Shown here one piece after another: positions 9,830-24,800 of a stretch of 64,000 nucleotides of DNA (position 1 is the first letter of the stretch; each line of letters begins with the position of its first letter). Both the position numbers and the translations under genes were made by a program. The DNA lies in assembly GCA_965649765.1 (NCBI GenBank), contig OZ287759.1, forward strand, positions 11,966,001-12,030,000. Direction: 5' to 3'. This DNA comes from Bispira polyomma. Lineage: Eukaryota. A model generated the notes under the pieces. It had not been told where the DNA came from. It saw nothing but the letters and a program-made list of their open reading frames with translations, and made no database searches.

Positions 9830-12410
9830 TATTGGATTTGATCCACAGCAATACAATCCCATCAATTCCAAACTAATCCGTTAATTGCCAAGAATGTCAC
9901 ACAATTTGGAACCCCTGTATAAACTCTAGAAAAAGGGACAACCTTGGAAATGGGGCATGGAAGAAAACACAGCCTTTCTCAAGTCAAAACAAATGTTGTC
10001 TACCTCATCACTGTTAGTCTATTATGATGGCAGAAAACCATTGGTTCTAGCTTGTGATGCTTCACGTTATGGGGTTGGCGCTGTTTTGTCACAGAAAATG
10101 AAAGATGGAACTGAAAGACCCATAGCTTTTGCATCACACACACTCACAGATGCCGAGAAAAACCACTCTCAAATGGACAAAGAGGCACTTGCCGTAATGT
10201 CTGGAGTGAAGAAATCCCATCAGTACATATTTGGTAGACATGTTACTATTCTGACTGGTCACAAGCCTTTATTTGGAATTTTAGGAGAGGAGAAATCGAT
10301 CCCTAGGGTGGTGGCCCCAGAATGTTATGCTTAAGTGGGTATGAATACATCTTATGATACAGAGCTGGAGACCTTGTGGCCTACGCTGATGCTATAAGTA
10401 GATTACCTGTGAATGTTTTAGTTTCTACACACATACCTAAGCTAAGTGAAGTAGACATGCTGCCAGAGACCTTAGACAACAGTTTAGTTTGAGTGAAGGA
10501 TGTAGTTAAATGGACTCGTGGAGATCCCATCATGTCTAAAGTGTGTGACTATTGTTTTGATTTTTTTTTTTTATTTGGATATTTAACGTCCACTCTTGTA
10601 CCTGTTTAGGTTATTTTGGGACGGGTAGTTGGAAACGCTGAAGGAAACACTGCATACAGTTGATCAAGGTTCTACACTGAAACCAGCGGCCCACAGTAAG
10701 GAACTACCACCTTTCCCATCGACGGGATTCAAACTCACGCCGCCCAGAGGTGAGAGACCAGTGATTGTGAAGCGCAATGCTTGCTAACCATTAGGCCACC
10801 ACGGCCCCATGACTATTGTTTGAATGGTTGGCCCTGGAAACTAGAACAAGAAGCAACAACTGAGTTAAAGCTGTATTTTCAGTTTTGCAGTGAATTAAGT
10901 GTGGAAAATGATTGTCTCCTGAGAGGCAATATAGTGATCATACCTCCACAGGGAAGGTATAGTATTGTGAAAGAATTACAGTTCTCACCCAGAAATATGT
11001 AAAATGAAAGTAATAGCTAGGAGTTATGTTTATTTACTTAGAGGAGCAGGTGAAACACTGTAACCACTGTCAACTTAATGCCAAAAATTTACCTAGGGCA
11101 CCACTTCATCCATGGGAATTTCCAGTGGGACCTTGGAAGAGACTTCATGTAGATTACGCAGGACCAATGATGGGAAAATATTTCTTAATAACTGTGGAAG
11201 CTTACTCAAAATGGATTGATGTAGCAATAGTTAGTGCGCTTTTATCCTTAGCTAAGGTAGAGAAATTAAGATCACTCTTTGCAACTTACGGCATTCCTGA
11301 AATGGTGGCTTCAGATAATGGTCCTTGCTTTGTTAATGCAGAATTTGGACAGTTTTTGGATCATAATGGCATCAAACATATTACTAGTGCACCATGGCGT
11401 CCGTCCACTAATAGCCAAGCAGAAAGGGCAGTTCAGACTTTTAAAAACTGCTTGAAAAGTTATACAGAAGGCAGTCGGGAAACTAAGTAGCACTTTTTCT
11501 CTTCTATCAGCATTCCACACTGCATACTACTACTGGACTAACTCCAACAGAATTGTTAATGAAGAAAAGACTGAGAATCTGTTACACACAATGGAAGCCT
11601 AATCTTAATGAACAAGTTCAAAACAAGCCTTGCCACTAAAAGGATTACTATGATATGCACAGCAAGGACAGGTAATTTGAGGTTAGTGATTCAGTCATGA
11701 CCCGAGACTATACCAACAGTAATAATAAGTAGATACAGGGATACATTAGCCAACGAATAGGTTCACTATACTATACAGTTACTTTAAAGGATGGTTCTGG
11801 AATGGTGCGTAGTCATCAGGATCAAGTGATCTCAGCAGATCCATTAGCAGAAAACAGTTACACAGTTGATCCGGAGAACAGCAATATGCATAAATTCCCG
11901 GTCAAGGATCAACCCGAAGTGGAGTTATGGAGATCAATCAGGTAGGTAAAACCACCTGATTGTCTGGATTAATGAGAATAGACTTTCATCTTTAGTGTGT
12001 TAAACTGAGCTCATAATAATAGCGCAATAAAGTTTGTTTAAAGATAATTTATGTGTGAGCCTAGCACCGCATAATTATCATATAAAGTTAGTTAAATCAT
12101 GTTTTGTTTCTTTAAAGTGATTATTCACTGTTGATTAGTGGTTCCAATTTAGTCATTAGTTAACAGACATTATAAATATTGGACATTTAAAAGATTTCTT
12201 TAACATGAAAGGAGGGGATGTTATATATATTGCGAGAGACCTTAAATATGCGGTACGTACAATTGTACGTTAAAACGTAAACAATGTGAATCCTACAGAA
12301 CAACAGCAGGAAGTCAATGAATGGTTTTAAGTCTAGTATTTGTTTCTCATTTATTGCAAATATAACATTCGCTTTCCACTGTTGTATTTAATATTATTAT
12401 TATTATAACA
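9830..12410 (+). mobile_element. Decayed Gypsy-type LTR retrotransposon 3' half (RNase H, integrase, PPT, probable 3' LTR)
   Basis: LACDASRYGVGAVL..PIAFAS (RNase H); CNHCQ, WKRLHVDYAGP, SDNGPCF, AERAVQTFK (integrase); polypurine tract GAAAGGAGGGGA followed by TG at 12219. Confidence 0.88.
10558..10809 (-). mobile_element. tRNA-derived SINE (family 1) inserted in the Gypsy element
   Basis: tRNA-like head with A/B boxes on the minus strand, TSD TGACTATTGTTT. Same family at 44296 and 47514. Confidence 0.88.
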
Positions 12411-12599
12411 GTTCTTTCATAGCGGTTAATCTTGGCAGCTTAAAGCACTCAACAAAACTAGTTAACACATTAAACATAAATTTATTATAAAATACTAAAG
12501 GGCAGAAACTAAGAAAAAAATATAAAATAAGCATAAAACAAATCATCAAGAGAATAAAAATAAACACAAATAGACAAAATTAATATTGTAAAGTAGAAA

Positions 12600-13170
12600 A
12601 TATAAAAATAAAAACAGTAGAAAAGATTTACAACTGATATGCATTTTTAAAATAAAAAGTTTTAGGAAGTTTCTTAAAATTAATTGTATTGTTTGCAGTT
12701 TTATTATTGTCTGGTAATATGTTCCACAGTGCAGGGCCACACTTAACAAATGCCTTTTCCCCAGATTTAGATTTAGTCTTGGACACTTTTAATCTGTGTG
12801 TATGAGTAGACCTGAGGTTTCGTTTAGTTTCTGCTTTTTGCAACAGCTCACACGGGTAGATAGGAGACTGATTATTCAAGCTCTTGTAGACATATGTCAC
12901 TATTCTAAAATTCATACGGTGTTCAACTGGTAGCCAATGCAGTTGTCTTCTAAGAGGCTCAGCACTTTCACGTAGTGGCAATCTGAAAATTAATCTTGCT
13001 GCCTTGCAGATGCTGAAGCTGTCTCAGAAGTGACTTATTGATGCCAAAGAGGAGACTAGAACCGTAGAAATGATGAGAGCCTGAATCAAAGTTTTATAGG
13101 CTTCAGTTGTGAGGTACTGCCTAATTCTAGAAATTTTCTTAATTTGTTGATAATTGCATAAAGCCTTTGG
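12600..13170 (-). mobile_element. L2-clade LINE 3' fragment
   Basis: LHWLPV..R..F....YK.L....P.Y...LL...R.LRS...G..AF...GP.LWN.LP...FKK.PKT C-terminal signature. Confidence 0.85.
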
Positions 13171-14599
13171 TTTCACATTAACAAGACATATCACTGAATA
13201 TTGTCAGTTTATAGTGCTAAAAATAAGTTGAGGTTGTATTTACTTTTTGTGATTTATGCTGTGATATAATTTAGCTAGATTGTTAATGGTTCACCCGTAT
13301 ATATACAAAATAATATTTTCCCTAACAAACAGTTTCATTGTAAGTTATAAACTTACATTGTTGTTGACTAGGTATGCCTTTTTCACTTGTCTTTTTTTAA
13401 TATTAGCCCTAACCAAATACTTCAACAAACATTATATTGAGGACATTATATTTGAGTTGTACAAATGAGCCGAAAGAATTCACAGCATTAAATGTATTGA
13501 AGATTGTCATTAAACTATATTTAGATAATCTGTAGGTTAATAGTTAGGGAAGCTATTTTCCACAGTAAACATAACTATTATTAAACTGCTGTTTGTGTAT
13601 TACATACTGTTCAAAACAGATGTTTTTTTTTAAAGAAACTCCTGCTTTTCTGTAAAACAGTACTTTCTTTTTTAAAAAACAAACTTTTCGTCAACTATTG
13701 TGTCAAAAGTTAATGATTACACTATTCCACTAGATGTCTCCCAGAAAATAACTAACTGTGTGTATCTAAATTTTTACTGGGCTTCAATTTTTCCACATCT
13801 ATCAACTAATGTATGATTTTATATATCTACAATCCATATAGGTCAAGGTGAGTAAGTCAATGAGAGAAACTGGGAATGTGAAGCATCTAATTTTTTATTA
13901 TTATCATTTTGAGTATATCTATATATGTGTGCAATCATAACATACAACAAGTAGATAAAACACTAAAAAAAATATGATCGTAATAATATTATATCACCTA
14001 CATAAAAGCCTATGGGACTGTGTACGTTATAACTCAAATACGTAAACAGTGTCCCAAGGGGATTACATCATACACATAATATTTGAATACAAAATATGTC
14101 AGTTGGTAGATGACACTACCCAATTCATAAGCAATATTGCATTAATAGGTACTTCAATCATAACATTAAATAGCTTTACAAACTGTCCCGGACTCAAGAT
14201 ACCTCTGATTAGTCATCTATAGTCGATAGATGAAATATACAGAATAATAGATTAGCCACCTAAAGTCTATAGATGAAATAGACAGAATAATATTTAATTT
14301 CTTGTGGAAAAAAACCCACACAAAATAAAAACAAAACTGTAATGGCAACTTATAATTCAGGTGGAATTACAATGCCAGATATTTTTAGTATACATATCAG
14401 TGCTAAATTAATTGGATAAAAAGATTACTAAGGGATAAAAGTTGTACTTCTAGGTGGACAAAATTAACTTAATATATTGCCCAATATAGTGTCGTAGTAT
14501 TTTTTCATAAATAGGTAATGGAATGTTGTCATAAAATTTAATGCAGACCTGCTGAAAGTGTGGAGGAAATAGACAATGAGTTTGTATTTACACATGCTC

Positions 14600-16652
14600 A
14601 AACCACATCCTTTGGACCAAAGAAACTTCAAACTTTCAAAAGGGGGCTAGAGCGTTGACAGCACTAGATGTCAGTCCTGGAAGTGACACTGAATGAATTA
14701 CCCCCCTTTTGTCCATCTTGGGCTTTGTAGGATAATGACCACTGGTTCCTGTATGGGTTCCAGGCCTGTCAACATTGGGTGCTTTGTAGGTTAATGAACA
14801 TTAGTTCCTGTATAGGTTTCTATGCCTGTTAGCACTGGGTGCTGCCTATAAAAAACCCTGTTTTTCTAGGAAAAGCATCAAATTCCATTTGCCTGACAAA
14901 GTGCTGTCAAAATTGGTTCTCAATTTTAGGGCCTTACATCTACTTCTACTCCAGCACTTTGGGCAAATGACAAAACAGTTGAATTAAGTTTTAAATTTTT
15001 ATTGTTTTATCTTAGTTTATTTGTGTATATACAAAACCGATTTTAATTCAACAGTGTTATTTGAAGTATTGTGAATGTGTTTTTGTGAATACATGTTGTG
15101 AAAAGTATTATTATGGCTGTACCAATTGCCTATTGTCAGAAATGTGGGGAAAAATTGTACTCTGGATAAAATTAATCAAGATTCTTCACGTGTCTTAAAA
15201 CGTGGACGTGCTGCTGCTACTCAAATGACTGAGACCACTAGAGGTCGACCTCGCAAGCCAACTGACAACACTGACACAGATGCAGTGTTGGATTCTTCCC
15301 TACGTGGGTCGCAGGGTGAGTCGAGCAAGCTTGATTTCATCAGCAACAAGCTGCAAAGCCTCGAAAACCGCGTCAACGATGTGCAGAGGGACCAGAGAAG
15401 TAAGAATGTGACTTTTCCTGACTCCAGGCGTCGCCCTGGACGGCCCGGACGCCCCTCTTCTGAAAGATCCGGTTATATTCCAGATGTGAGCAGTAGGACG
15501 CAGCAGAGCTCCCCTATCTGGGCGGGTTATCATCCTGATAGTGAAGAAGGCGATGAGATCCCAATGGCTGATTGAGATTGGGAGTGCCTCATGGATGATA
15601 TTGAGTCTGAGCGCCGAGGGGGCCTACCTGTTATGACAAGAAGATCCCGAGTTGCTGCCACCGAGAGAGGACGCCAGGGAGAAGATAGACATGCTGACAC
15701 CAGATATTATGATCACCTTGATTCTGAAGATGTCTGGCTACCTAGCCAGCGATATCTACGTACAAACGACTACATTCAACGTCAAGTCGACGCGTGTTTG
15801 CAATGTCATAAAAACAGGTTGGCCTCCTCACCAGAGGATCTAGGTAAGAAACTTAAGTCTGGTTTACAACGTACTGGTGAGCACACTATTAAAAAGCATA
15901 TAAATTGGCCTCATGAGCATTGCTATGTAAATTCAAGTCATAAATATGCTGCATATGAGGAACTGACACCACTTATGTGGTTCCAGGGCTCTTTGCAGTG
16001 CATGATTGAGGAACCTGATAATGTAATAAAAGATAACATGATACAATATGGGGTACAGTTGATGAGGGATGCCATGGAAACTTCATGGTATACCGCTAAG
16101 AGCGCCCATTGTGTGTTGCTCCTTGAAATGGAGAAGGAAAAAATTGATTGGAATGATTTAAGATCAGTTCATGAAATCAGAGCCCGTCTTACCCAGAGGA
16201 CCAATAAAGAAAGTAACCGTGATTCGAATACTCATGTATCAAAAAACAAAGGCAAAAGTGTACCCTGTACTGCATACAACAAAATGTTTCAATTCTACTA
16301 AAAAATTCAATGCACATAGGGAAATCAATTGTAAGGGGGCGGAAAACGGGAAAAACCTCCAGCCAGCTCCAAAATTATAAACATTAAGTCAAAAACTTTT
16401 TGGAACACAGCTTGGCTGGAGGCATCTACTAAAGCAAAAAATGGGGGTAAAATTGACAGTTTAAAATTACAAAATGTTAGTTGTACAAGAACAAAAAAGG
16501 GTAACCAAGGGGAAATTAGGGAAAGAAAATTAAAAATCCCTCCCACCAACACCCTTACAATTGATCCTAAAAAAGTAAATTATGTCTCTAAATGTCAAGA
16601 AATATGTGTACAAAAAGTATGTCAGGTGTCGCAGCAAATCTCTTCTCCCCCC

Positions 16653-16683
<31 letters not shown>

Positions 16684-19250
16684 AGAAAGGGGGATATTGA
16701 TGCAGCACCACTTTCTTCAAACTTACACTCGTTTCTCAATTATTCTGACGTCAACCCAGTCAGTTCTCGGGGCAGCCTCCCTTCAAAAAAACCTATTAAT
16801 GACAAATGTGCACTCTTGCACCAAACCCAAGACAAACAAAAGTTTGTAAAGACAAATGAAAATTTTGGTTTTATGTGCCTATATAAGCCTGTGTACAGTA
16901 TTCCAAAACACAAAAACAACTTTAAGTATAACACATTGGAACAATGGGCAATTTTGTCACATAAAAAAGCCAACAAGTATGGTTGCCCTAATTACCTGGG
17001 AGCTCGAGTACCAGTCCCTTCAGAATTAATCATCCCACAGTGGAGAAATTTATTGAAAGATGACCCAGATATTTTACTCCCAGAAAATTTAGGGTTTGGC
17101 TTCCCCTTGTGTATACAAAAACAAGACTTTATGTGTAATACTATAGCAAAAAACCATAACTCAGCCACACAACATCCACAGAGTGTAGATGTATATTTTG
17201 TAACAGAAAGACTCCACAAAGCCATAGCTGGCCCTTTTAATACCCAACCATTTAGTGAATTGCATTTTCCCCAGTAATGACCCGTCCAAAAAGTGACAAC
17301 ACTCGCAGGATTATAATTGATTTGTCCTGGCCTCACAACAACTCCTCGGTAAACAATGCACCTTTGTAAAAACACTGTATTACAAATACATTGTGACAAC
17401 TTGGCAGGCATTCAAACACTCAACTCGGGAAAAATTAGGGACAAGTCCCTTACACTGATCGCTAGGGCGATTTGGCTAGAAATAGCCATTCAAAATATAA
17501 AGTTAATTGTATCTCATGATAAACAATGTCATAGCTGATTGCCTTTCTAGAATGTTCTCCCAACTACCAATAAAACCAGATACTCTATCACAGTTACAAA
17601 ATAAAACCTGGTGGACTGTAACTGATCATGACTTCAAATTGATTCATTACATTTAACTTTTAACAATTGTAGGTTCTCCACAAGAGAAATATCTACATTC
17701 AGCTGCACTCAAAAGACTTCTGCATGCCCTCACAGAAAAGACTGCACACTCTTATCTACAGTGTATCAGACTATATATAACACTCGCTGTGGCTTTATCT
17801 GTACAGGACTACACCACAACAAAATATATTCTAGTGTTTCTGGAGTTTCTAGCTCGGGCCTTAAGCCCCCTTCTATTCAAAACTACATCTCGGCTATAAA
17901 ATCTTATTTCCACTTATGGGGGTTTCCACCCTTCCTTTTAAACACCGACAGATTACTTTGTTTCTGAAATCCACCCCTTACAACCCACCTCTCTCCACCC
18001 CTTACAACCCTCGTTTGAAGTCAATTATTTCTATCCCCATACTCACAGACATCATTAGGCAATGTGAAACATTCCACAATGCACATGTGTATCAGGCTAT
18101 ATTTTTGACTGCATTTTTCGGATTCTTTAGATTATCAAATTTAATCCCAACCTCACACTCCAGTTTTAACCCTACTAGACACCTCACAGTCCAAGACCTC
18201 GTATGGGGGCATCCTGGGGTCCACATAATACTCAGATGGGCTAAAAACTTTCAACGTTATAATCAGTTCCATGTGGTGCAACTTCCATTTATCCGAAATT
18301 CCATTTTATGTCCTGTCACTGCCCTTCGTGTTATGCTACACATAAATAAGACAAAACCATCTTCTCCTCTATTCATTAATGAAATTCACTCAGGTATTCC
18401 AGTCACTCAATACCAAGTCAGAAAAGTATTACGTCAAATCATTCTAAAGCTTGGCTTGAACCCTCAAGCCTTTACATTTCATGCCTTTCGTCGCTCGGGT
18501 GCGACTTTTACTTTCGACAATAATGTTTACCTCCAGTCCATTATGGTTCATGGGGGTTGGCGCTCTCAAGCTGTCTGGGCTTATCTTAATTCAACACCCA
18601 ATGCTGCAGCAACAGTAGCTACTTCACTCCAACATATTCTACAATAAATACTACACCAAGTCTGGGCTCTTTGGGGCAAATTTTCGTTACATGTTTTCGT
18701 TTTATAGTACTATTACTTAATTATATGTTTATAGTATCTTTTATTATTAATGCGTATTTATGTTAATGTTACCAGCCTTAACCAAGGATGGCTTTAAGGT
18801 GACCTTAGTTTGCATAAGGTTAAAAGTTCAACTTGCTTGCTGGTAGAAATTAATTAATTAATTAATGCAGTGTTTTCATGGTTAATTAATTAAGGCATGC
18901 TCTGTTTTGCTATAAACATCCTTTTACTATAAAGCACATACCTTATAGTTAAATTGTTGTTTTAGTTATTATTAATATAGTAAATTTTAAAGTATAACTG
19001 AAGTAGTGTGAAAATAATATGTCGATAATGTTGTGTAATTTATTAAGCACAGCTAAGTGCATTAGTCAGCTACTTAAGCTGTGATGATACATATTATTTT
19101 CTGTCAAATGTTTGTATATATACTAGTGGTAGTATACTAATTTTAGAACTATATTTGTAGAACTAATAAAAACCCAAAGAGTGCCTTTTATTGACTTGGT
19201 ATTCCCTTCTCTTGTCCTTTACACTCACACCACGAAAGTGAAACTTACAT
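14600..19250 (+). mobile_element. Decayed tyrosine-recombinase retrotransposon (Ngaro/DIRS group), element 1; ends approximate
   Basis: Gag-like frames 15113-16301; RT N-terminal fragment 16582-17350 with a large internal deletion; RNase H remnant (HCDN, IADCLSR) ~17380-17655; YR 17673-18647 with FFRLSNL, WAKN, FHAFRRSGA, HGGW, WAY. Confidence 0.88.
17673..18647 (+). pseudogene. Frameshifted tyrosine recombinase of element 1
   Basis: Catalytic R/K/HxxR/H-W/Y motifs in ORF 17916-18647. The N-terminal part is split over other frames. Confidence 0.85.
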
Positions 19251-20639
19251 TACAGATATTTAAGCCTCAATGGAACGCACATGGACTGAGTACTACAAAT
19301 CAAATAATGGTTTAAAATTCATTTGTGCCATCCAAAAACAATTTATAAAATACAATTTAACAGCTTTGTACTAATGTGCCAATATCTTTATTGTACTCTT
19401 ATTGCATTGAGATATTGTTGTTGTTTTTTGCTCTTTTTGTAATGTATGGTATGATTGTCAATGTGCTTTGTTCCTGTATTATACTTCTATATCATGTAAA
19501 TAAAAATATAGAACAAAAAAGTAAATAACTTGGTAAAAGACCTAATAAAGGGACATACAATCAAAAGTTTAAAAAAACTACTAATAAAGTAAAAAGTTAC
19601 TTTTGACCAATAAGTAACAGTGCATCGTACAATTAAAAGACATTGTTACAATTTATGAACAAACTAATCATTACCAGGTCACCCTGCTAACATCTAGGCA
19701 AAGCTATTCCTTTATTCACATTACATAAAATATACAATCACAGGAAAACATGTAACCCACGTGACTTTTCAAAATTATACAAAGTATATTTTTCTGCTGA
19801 ATAATTCAATTGACGTGGTTACATATAGAGGTAACTTAAGATAAGGTAATATGACGGTATATACTTACCATAAACTTGGTCAAACCCAACATAAACTAAT
19901 ATTTAAAATGTATAATATCTAAATACTGAGGGTGATGGCCTGCTTTACTTCTAAAGCACTGGTCAATATTTCATCTCCAATATGAAAAAAAAACATATTT
20001 ACTGTATTTTTAGCCACATAAGTTTTTATTAAATATATTTTAGTTCATAAACGGTTCATTATAGCTCAAATCTAATTAATAATTACTTTTTTCTGTCAAG
20101 TGTCTAAAATTGTGATACTTTAACATTGAACTCTTTTATAAGTGTAAAGGGTCCACTAAAACTACTTCTATCTTTTTATTTCTGGGCTGTCAAATTAGTG
20201 CATTTCTAATAATTAATGACCTTGTTTTAAAAATTACTCTGTGAAATTTACATTGGTACATTATATTCAGTAACATTTTTTTATTCCTTACTTTGAAATA
20301 TCTTATACATACATTAATAATAATAACAATACAAATTCTTTTTTTTGTGAACACTTTAATCTAATCCTTCAGCTTACTCCTAAAAGAGGAGAAAGTTTGA
20401 GCCAAGCGAACATGATCAGGCAGGCTGTTGCATATGAAGGGGCCATCATGAGCAAGAAAATGATTAAAATGTACTTTGGATTTGTGGATGTGAGGGTCGA
20501 AAGTGGGAACATTAAGATATAATTTATCAGGGTTACTGTGCCTATTCCTGACTGAGCATGTATATTTGGATATATGGGGGATAAAATAGGTGGGTGATCC
20601 AGAATTTAGAAATTTTATATAATTGTTGCAGTTTTGAAA

Positions 20640-20955
20640 ACCTACTGCTGACTAAGGCGTTGGCTTAGATAACGTCAAATTCGCCTGAAATCACGGAGGC
20701 CAACAAAACATGATCTACACACAGATGCAACATGGTTAGAGAAGGAGAATTCGGAGTCCAACAACACGCCAAGGTTGCATACTTTGTCAGCTGGGAAAAG
20801 CCTGCTGCTAAGACAGTTTTTCCTGTTGCGACTTGGAGCCAAACAAAAAAAACTCAGTCTTATCAGGGTTCAGCTTGAGTTTATGTGCTGCCATCAAGTG
20901 TTGTACATCGACAAGGCAGTTCTGTAAGGAGGTGAAAGCTGCCTGGGCACCTTTA
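20640..20955 (-). mobile_element. L2-like RT fragment
   Basis: Minus strand reads ...LQNCLVDVQHLMAAHKLKLNPDKTEF, and NLGV further downstream. Confidence 0.7.
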
Positions 20956-21870
20956 ATTAAGTTACATTTTTATTAACTTGTGCATAGTTATCACTCATTA
21001 CATCCAAAAATAATATTTTCAATACATAATGGACAACTTTTTTTGTTACCTCAACAAACCATTTCGCTATCTCACAACATAGCCTGTTTACTATTTAGTA
21101 ACTTGTAAATTGATGTTAGATTTTTTTATCTAAATTAATAAATTAAAATATAATAACATAGAATTCTATTATCTTACCTTTTTATATCTAAAATGGATGT
21201 ACATATATTCGCAATTCGGGAAGACTTTCAACAATACTTAAAAATACAATTGGTTACTGTCACCTTATGTTTGAGCAGTTAAAGTCAGAGAATAGGCTTA
21301 AATCAGAAGGTTTTTTGAAGCTAATCTTTTTAAAATTAATTTTAAAGAAACTTTTAATTTTTGACAATTTTCCTGCACAAAAAGACAACTGTTTATATAA
21401 ATGCAAAAAAAACAAACAAGAATGGGGCACATGTTTTGATGTGTTTTACTATAGTTGTATATGTTTTCAGAACATATACGTCCACTTTTTAGTTTTCTCC
21501 CTGTTAGTTTTCTAAAATGCTAACATGTTGTGCAAGTTCTTCTCCAGCTGAGTCATTGTGTGATTTTTACCGTGTTCTGTGATGTATAATATCTCGATGT
21601 ATAAACATCTACACATAAAATTTAGACTTTGCTCACTCTACAGTAACAGTTCACTAAATTCCTGTATGATATATCAAAATGTTTTCATCACTTGGGTGTA
21701 TTGCGAAATATAATATCATAGCAAGTTTATTCAGCGCTAGTGTGTATTGCAAAATATCTTATCACACAAACATATTTTTAACCACAGAAAATATGCTAGA
21801 CTTGTAATAAGCTAAGACAAAGAGAAGATTCATACATTCGATTTGATCTGTGTGTTATGCAGGAGAAAAA

Positions 21871-24800
21871 ATGCAGCAGTGCCGCAAGATTTTATATGGT
21901 AAATTTGTTTAATATTTTTTAACATTCTCACATAACGCTTATTTGAAATTTGATGCGTTTCTTTTTAACTAACTGACTTTATTGGCGAAATTATTTTAAC
22001 TGTTACATCTGCAATAACATAATACATGTGATGTGTAGAGATTAATAACAAAATATTTTTCATAAATTAACAATAATGTTACAGAGATATATTGTTTAGC
22101 AGTTGCACAACCCAATATGTACATATACTTTTAGTGTTGCTGGTCAGCTTACTGAGAACGGCAGCAGGTTTAGTATTGACAAAAACACACTTTATATAGT
22201 AATTTATATGAGTAATTTCAATGTAATATGTTAAACAGGGTATTAAGAAAATCTCAACAATTTTTGTCATTGTATAAATGTTTTAGAAGTAATGATAATT
22301 AGTTTATTGCCTTTATCTGAGCAATTACAGAACGACATAATGAAGGTGTTGCTTGAAAGTGATCTAAAAGTCTTTTTCAGTGTATTTCAAAGTAAAGTGT
22401 AAAACCATACTTTGTTAATTTTATGCATATGATTTTTTCAAGAAATGTAAATTACAAGCTCTATTTCCTGTCTACATTGCAGTGTCTGTTCTTTCATCAG
22501 AAGGACAAAGTTTTGCTCTGTCATTTTCCCAGGTCCGGTCAGATTTTAATGAAGGGGATTGTGTAGTATACATCAATGCTAAACAGGACACCAATGTCAC
22601 TATCAACGAGCCTGACGGCTTATCTTACACATATGAAATCTTTGCCAATCAGACCTTCAGAAAATATTACTCCTACCCCATAAGAGTGACTGAAGGAGTG
22701 GAAAACAAAGGCATCTTGATAGATGCTGCTGGCAATATCACCGTGATGCTCTCAAACACCAGAATTGATGCCAACATGGATGCCATATTGGCTCTTCCAT
22801 TGCATACAGACACTCAAGAGTACACCATAGTTTCCTATCCATCCACCAATGATCTTACCTGTGTGTCAAATGCTACCTGCAGTTTCTATTCTGTTAATGC
22901 ATATCAGGATGACACATTTGTCCAGGTGTACAAGCTGATTGATGGTGTGCCTCTGTTTTTACAATCATACACTCTGGGTGTGAACGATGTGTTAACTAAC
23001 AGAACCCTGAATACTGAAACTAACAGAAGCTATGACTTTACAGGGTATTATATCACTGCCAACAAACCAGTCTCAGTCACTTCAGGAAATCCCTGTGCTG
23101 ACACCAACCCCAATGAAATTGCAGGGCCTCTGTGGGCCTCTATATCCTCACACCAGTATGTAGGGAGCAGTTACATCTCACACACAATAGACTATAACTC
23201 TTACTCTGACGACACTATTATACGTGTCATGGCTCTCAGTGATGACACAGAAGTCACATTTTCTGAGGTCGTATACACCATCTTATACAGGGGGAAATTC
23301 CGCGATTTTGTCATAAATTCTTATACCAATGTAGTCATTCAGTGTGATAAACCTTGCAGTGCTGCTCAGTATAGTACTCAGCCTGATGCAAACCCTTCTG
23401 GTGGTGCTGTCTTCATGATTCTTCTGGTTCCAACTGAAGCCTACAGCACTAATGTGCTTTTCAACAAGCCAGACACTAACTCTGTAATATTGAGTGACTA
23501 CATGAGCATTGTGTATCTAACAGAAAGCCCAGACAGTTTTCCCCTATTCTATGATGGTGTAGCCTTGACAGGGTGGACAACAGTAACAGCAGCAGGGTAT
23601 TCTACACTTGAAGTACCAGTAACTGGCTTGCGCGAGGTAGCGCACAGTCTGAGTTCTACACAAAATATTGGCTTTTCAGCGTTGATACATGGTCAAGGAC
23701 AAGGGAGTGCAGGCTATGGCTTTATTGCTGGCTTCAGTAAGTAAGTGATGTAAAAGTTAAATTTCTCAAAAAACTTCTAAAACTGTTGTAACAGAATTAA
23801 AAAAAAGTTGCCCATATTACTACATGTACTTGTGAAAGTCAAAATAATTAATACATTCTTGTTACATTACATATTTCTTGTTACATTATTTTCTATTCAT
23901 TTGATATTAAAACTTGTTTTGGCTATGTCAGGTGCATCTGGTGATGATACGCCAGGTTCAAATGTTACCAGACCCAGTCCTCAGTATAGAGTATCCATGA
24001 CAGGAAATTTCGAAAGTGATGATGGCCTAGACTTTAGTCTGGCTTGTACTGACAGGTATAGTGTGGAAATGAATGATGTGGCATCTGACATGGTCATTCA
24101 GGTGAGTATCCTAAGTACAAAACAATTAAATAAGTCTATAACTTTATAACATAACATAAAATATAAATTGAAAAACAACTTTTAACTTTCCCAACAGGTC
24201 AACGGATTCATAGGATCAAGTTTATGTTCGGAATTAACAATAGAAGATATCAATGTGCTATCTGTATCTACTCCATTTGTCACAAATGGAAATCAGGTAA
24301 ATATTTATGGAGAATGTTAAGTCAGATCTTTTCTGTTATTAATAAATTTGTTAAATACTTTTTCTTTTAGATCCTCTTGGACTGTGAGATTTCATATGGT
24401 TTTATATGTCACTGTATGATTGTATATATAGTTATCTATCATTGCAATATTAATTCTTTGTTTTTAGTTGCATTACCTGACATTGACCAAATGGTTTGTG
24501 ATAATACTTTAACACATTAACTAGAAGAAGCTTTGTATTAAATTTTGGTACCATTTTGTTAAAACCAGGGTTCCACTGAACTGAGGTTTATCCTTTCCCC
24601 AAACCTAAACAGACTTACACAACGCCAGGTTGTGAGCTGTGGGGATGAAATAGGTACTTTTCTCCTTGACCATGAAAACTGGAGAAATCCTATCCTACCA
24701 AAACTACCTACCTGTTCTGCGGTGATCTTCAACTCCATGATGTTTAATGACTCTGGACGAGACTGGCTTTGTCTGAATGCACTGGAAGGTAAAACCAACT

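Noticed and set aside
22482-23744. Intronless or horizontally acquired bacterial IgGFc-binding gene
   Set aside because: The ORF is one large exon bounded by AG/GT, with signal-peptide exons upstream and further exons downstream.
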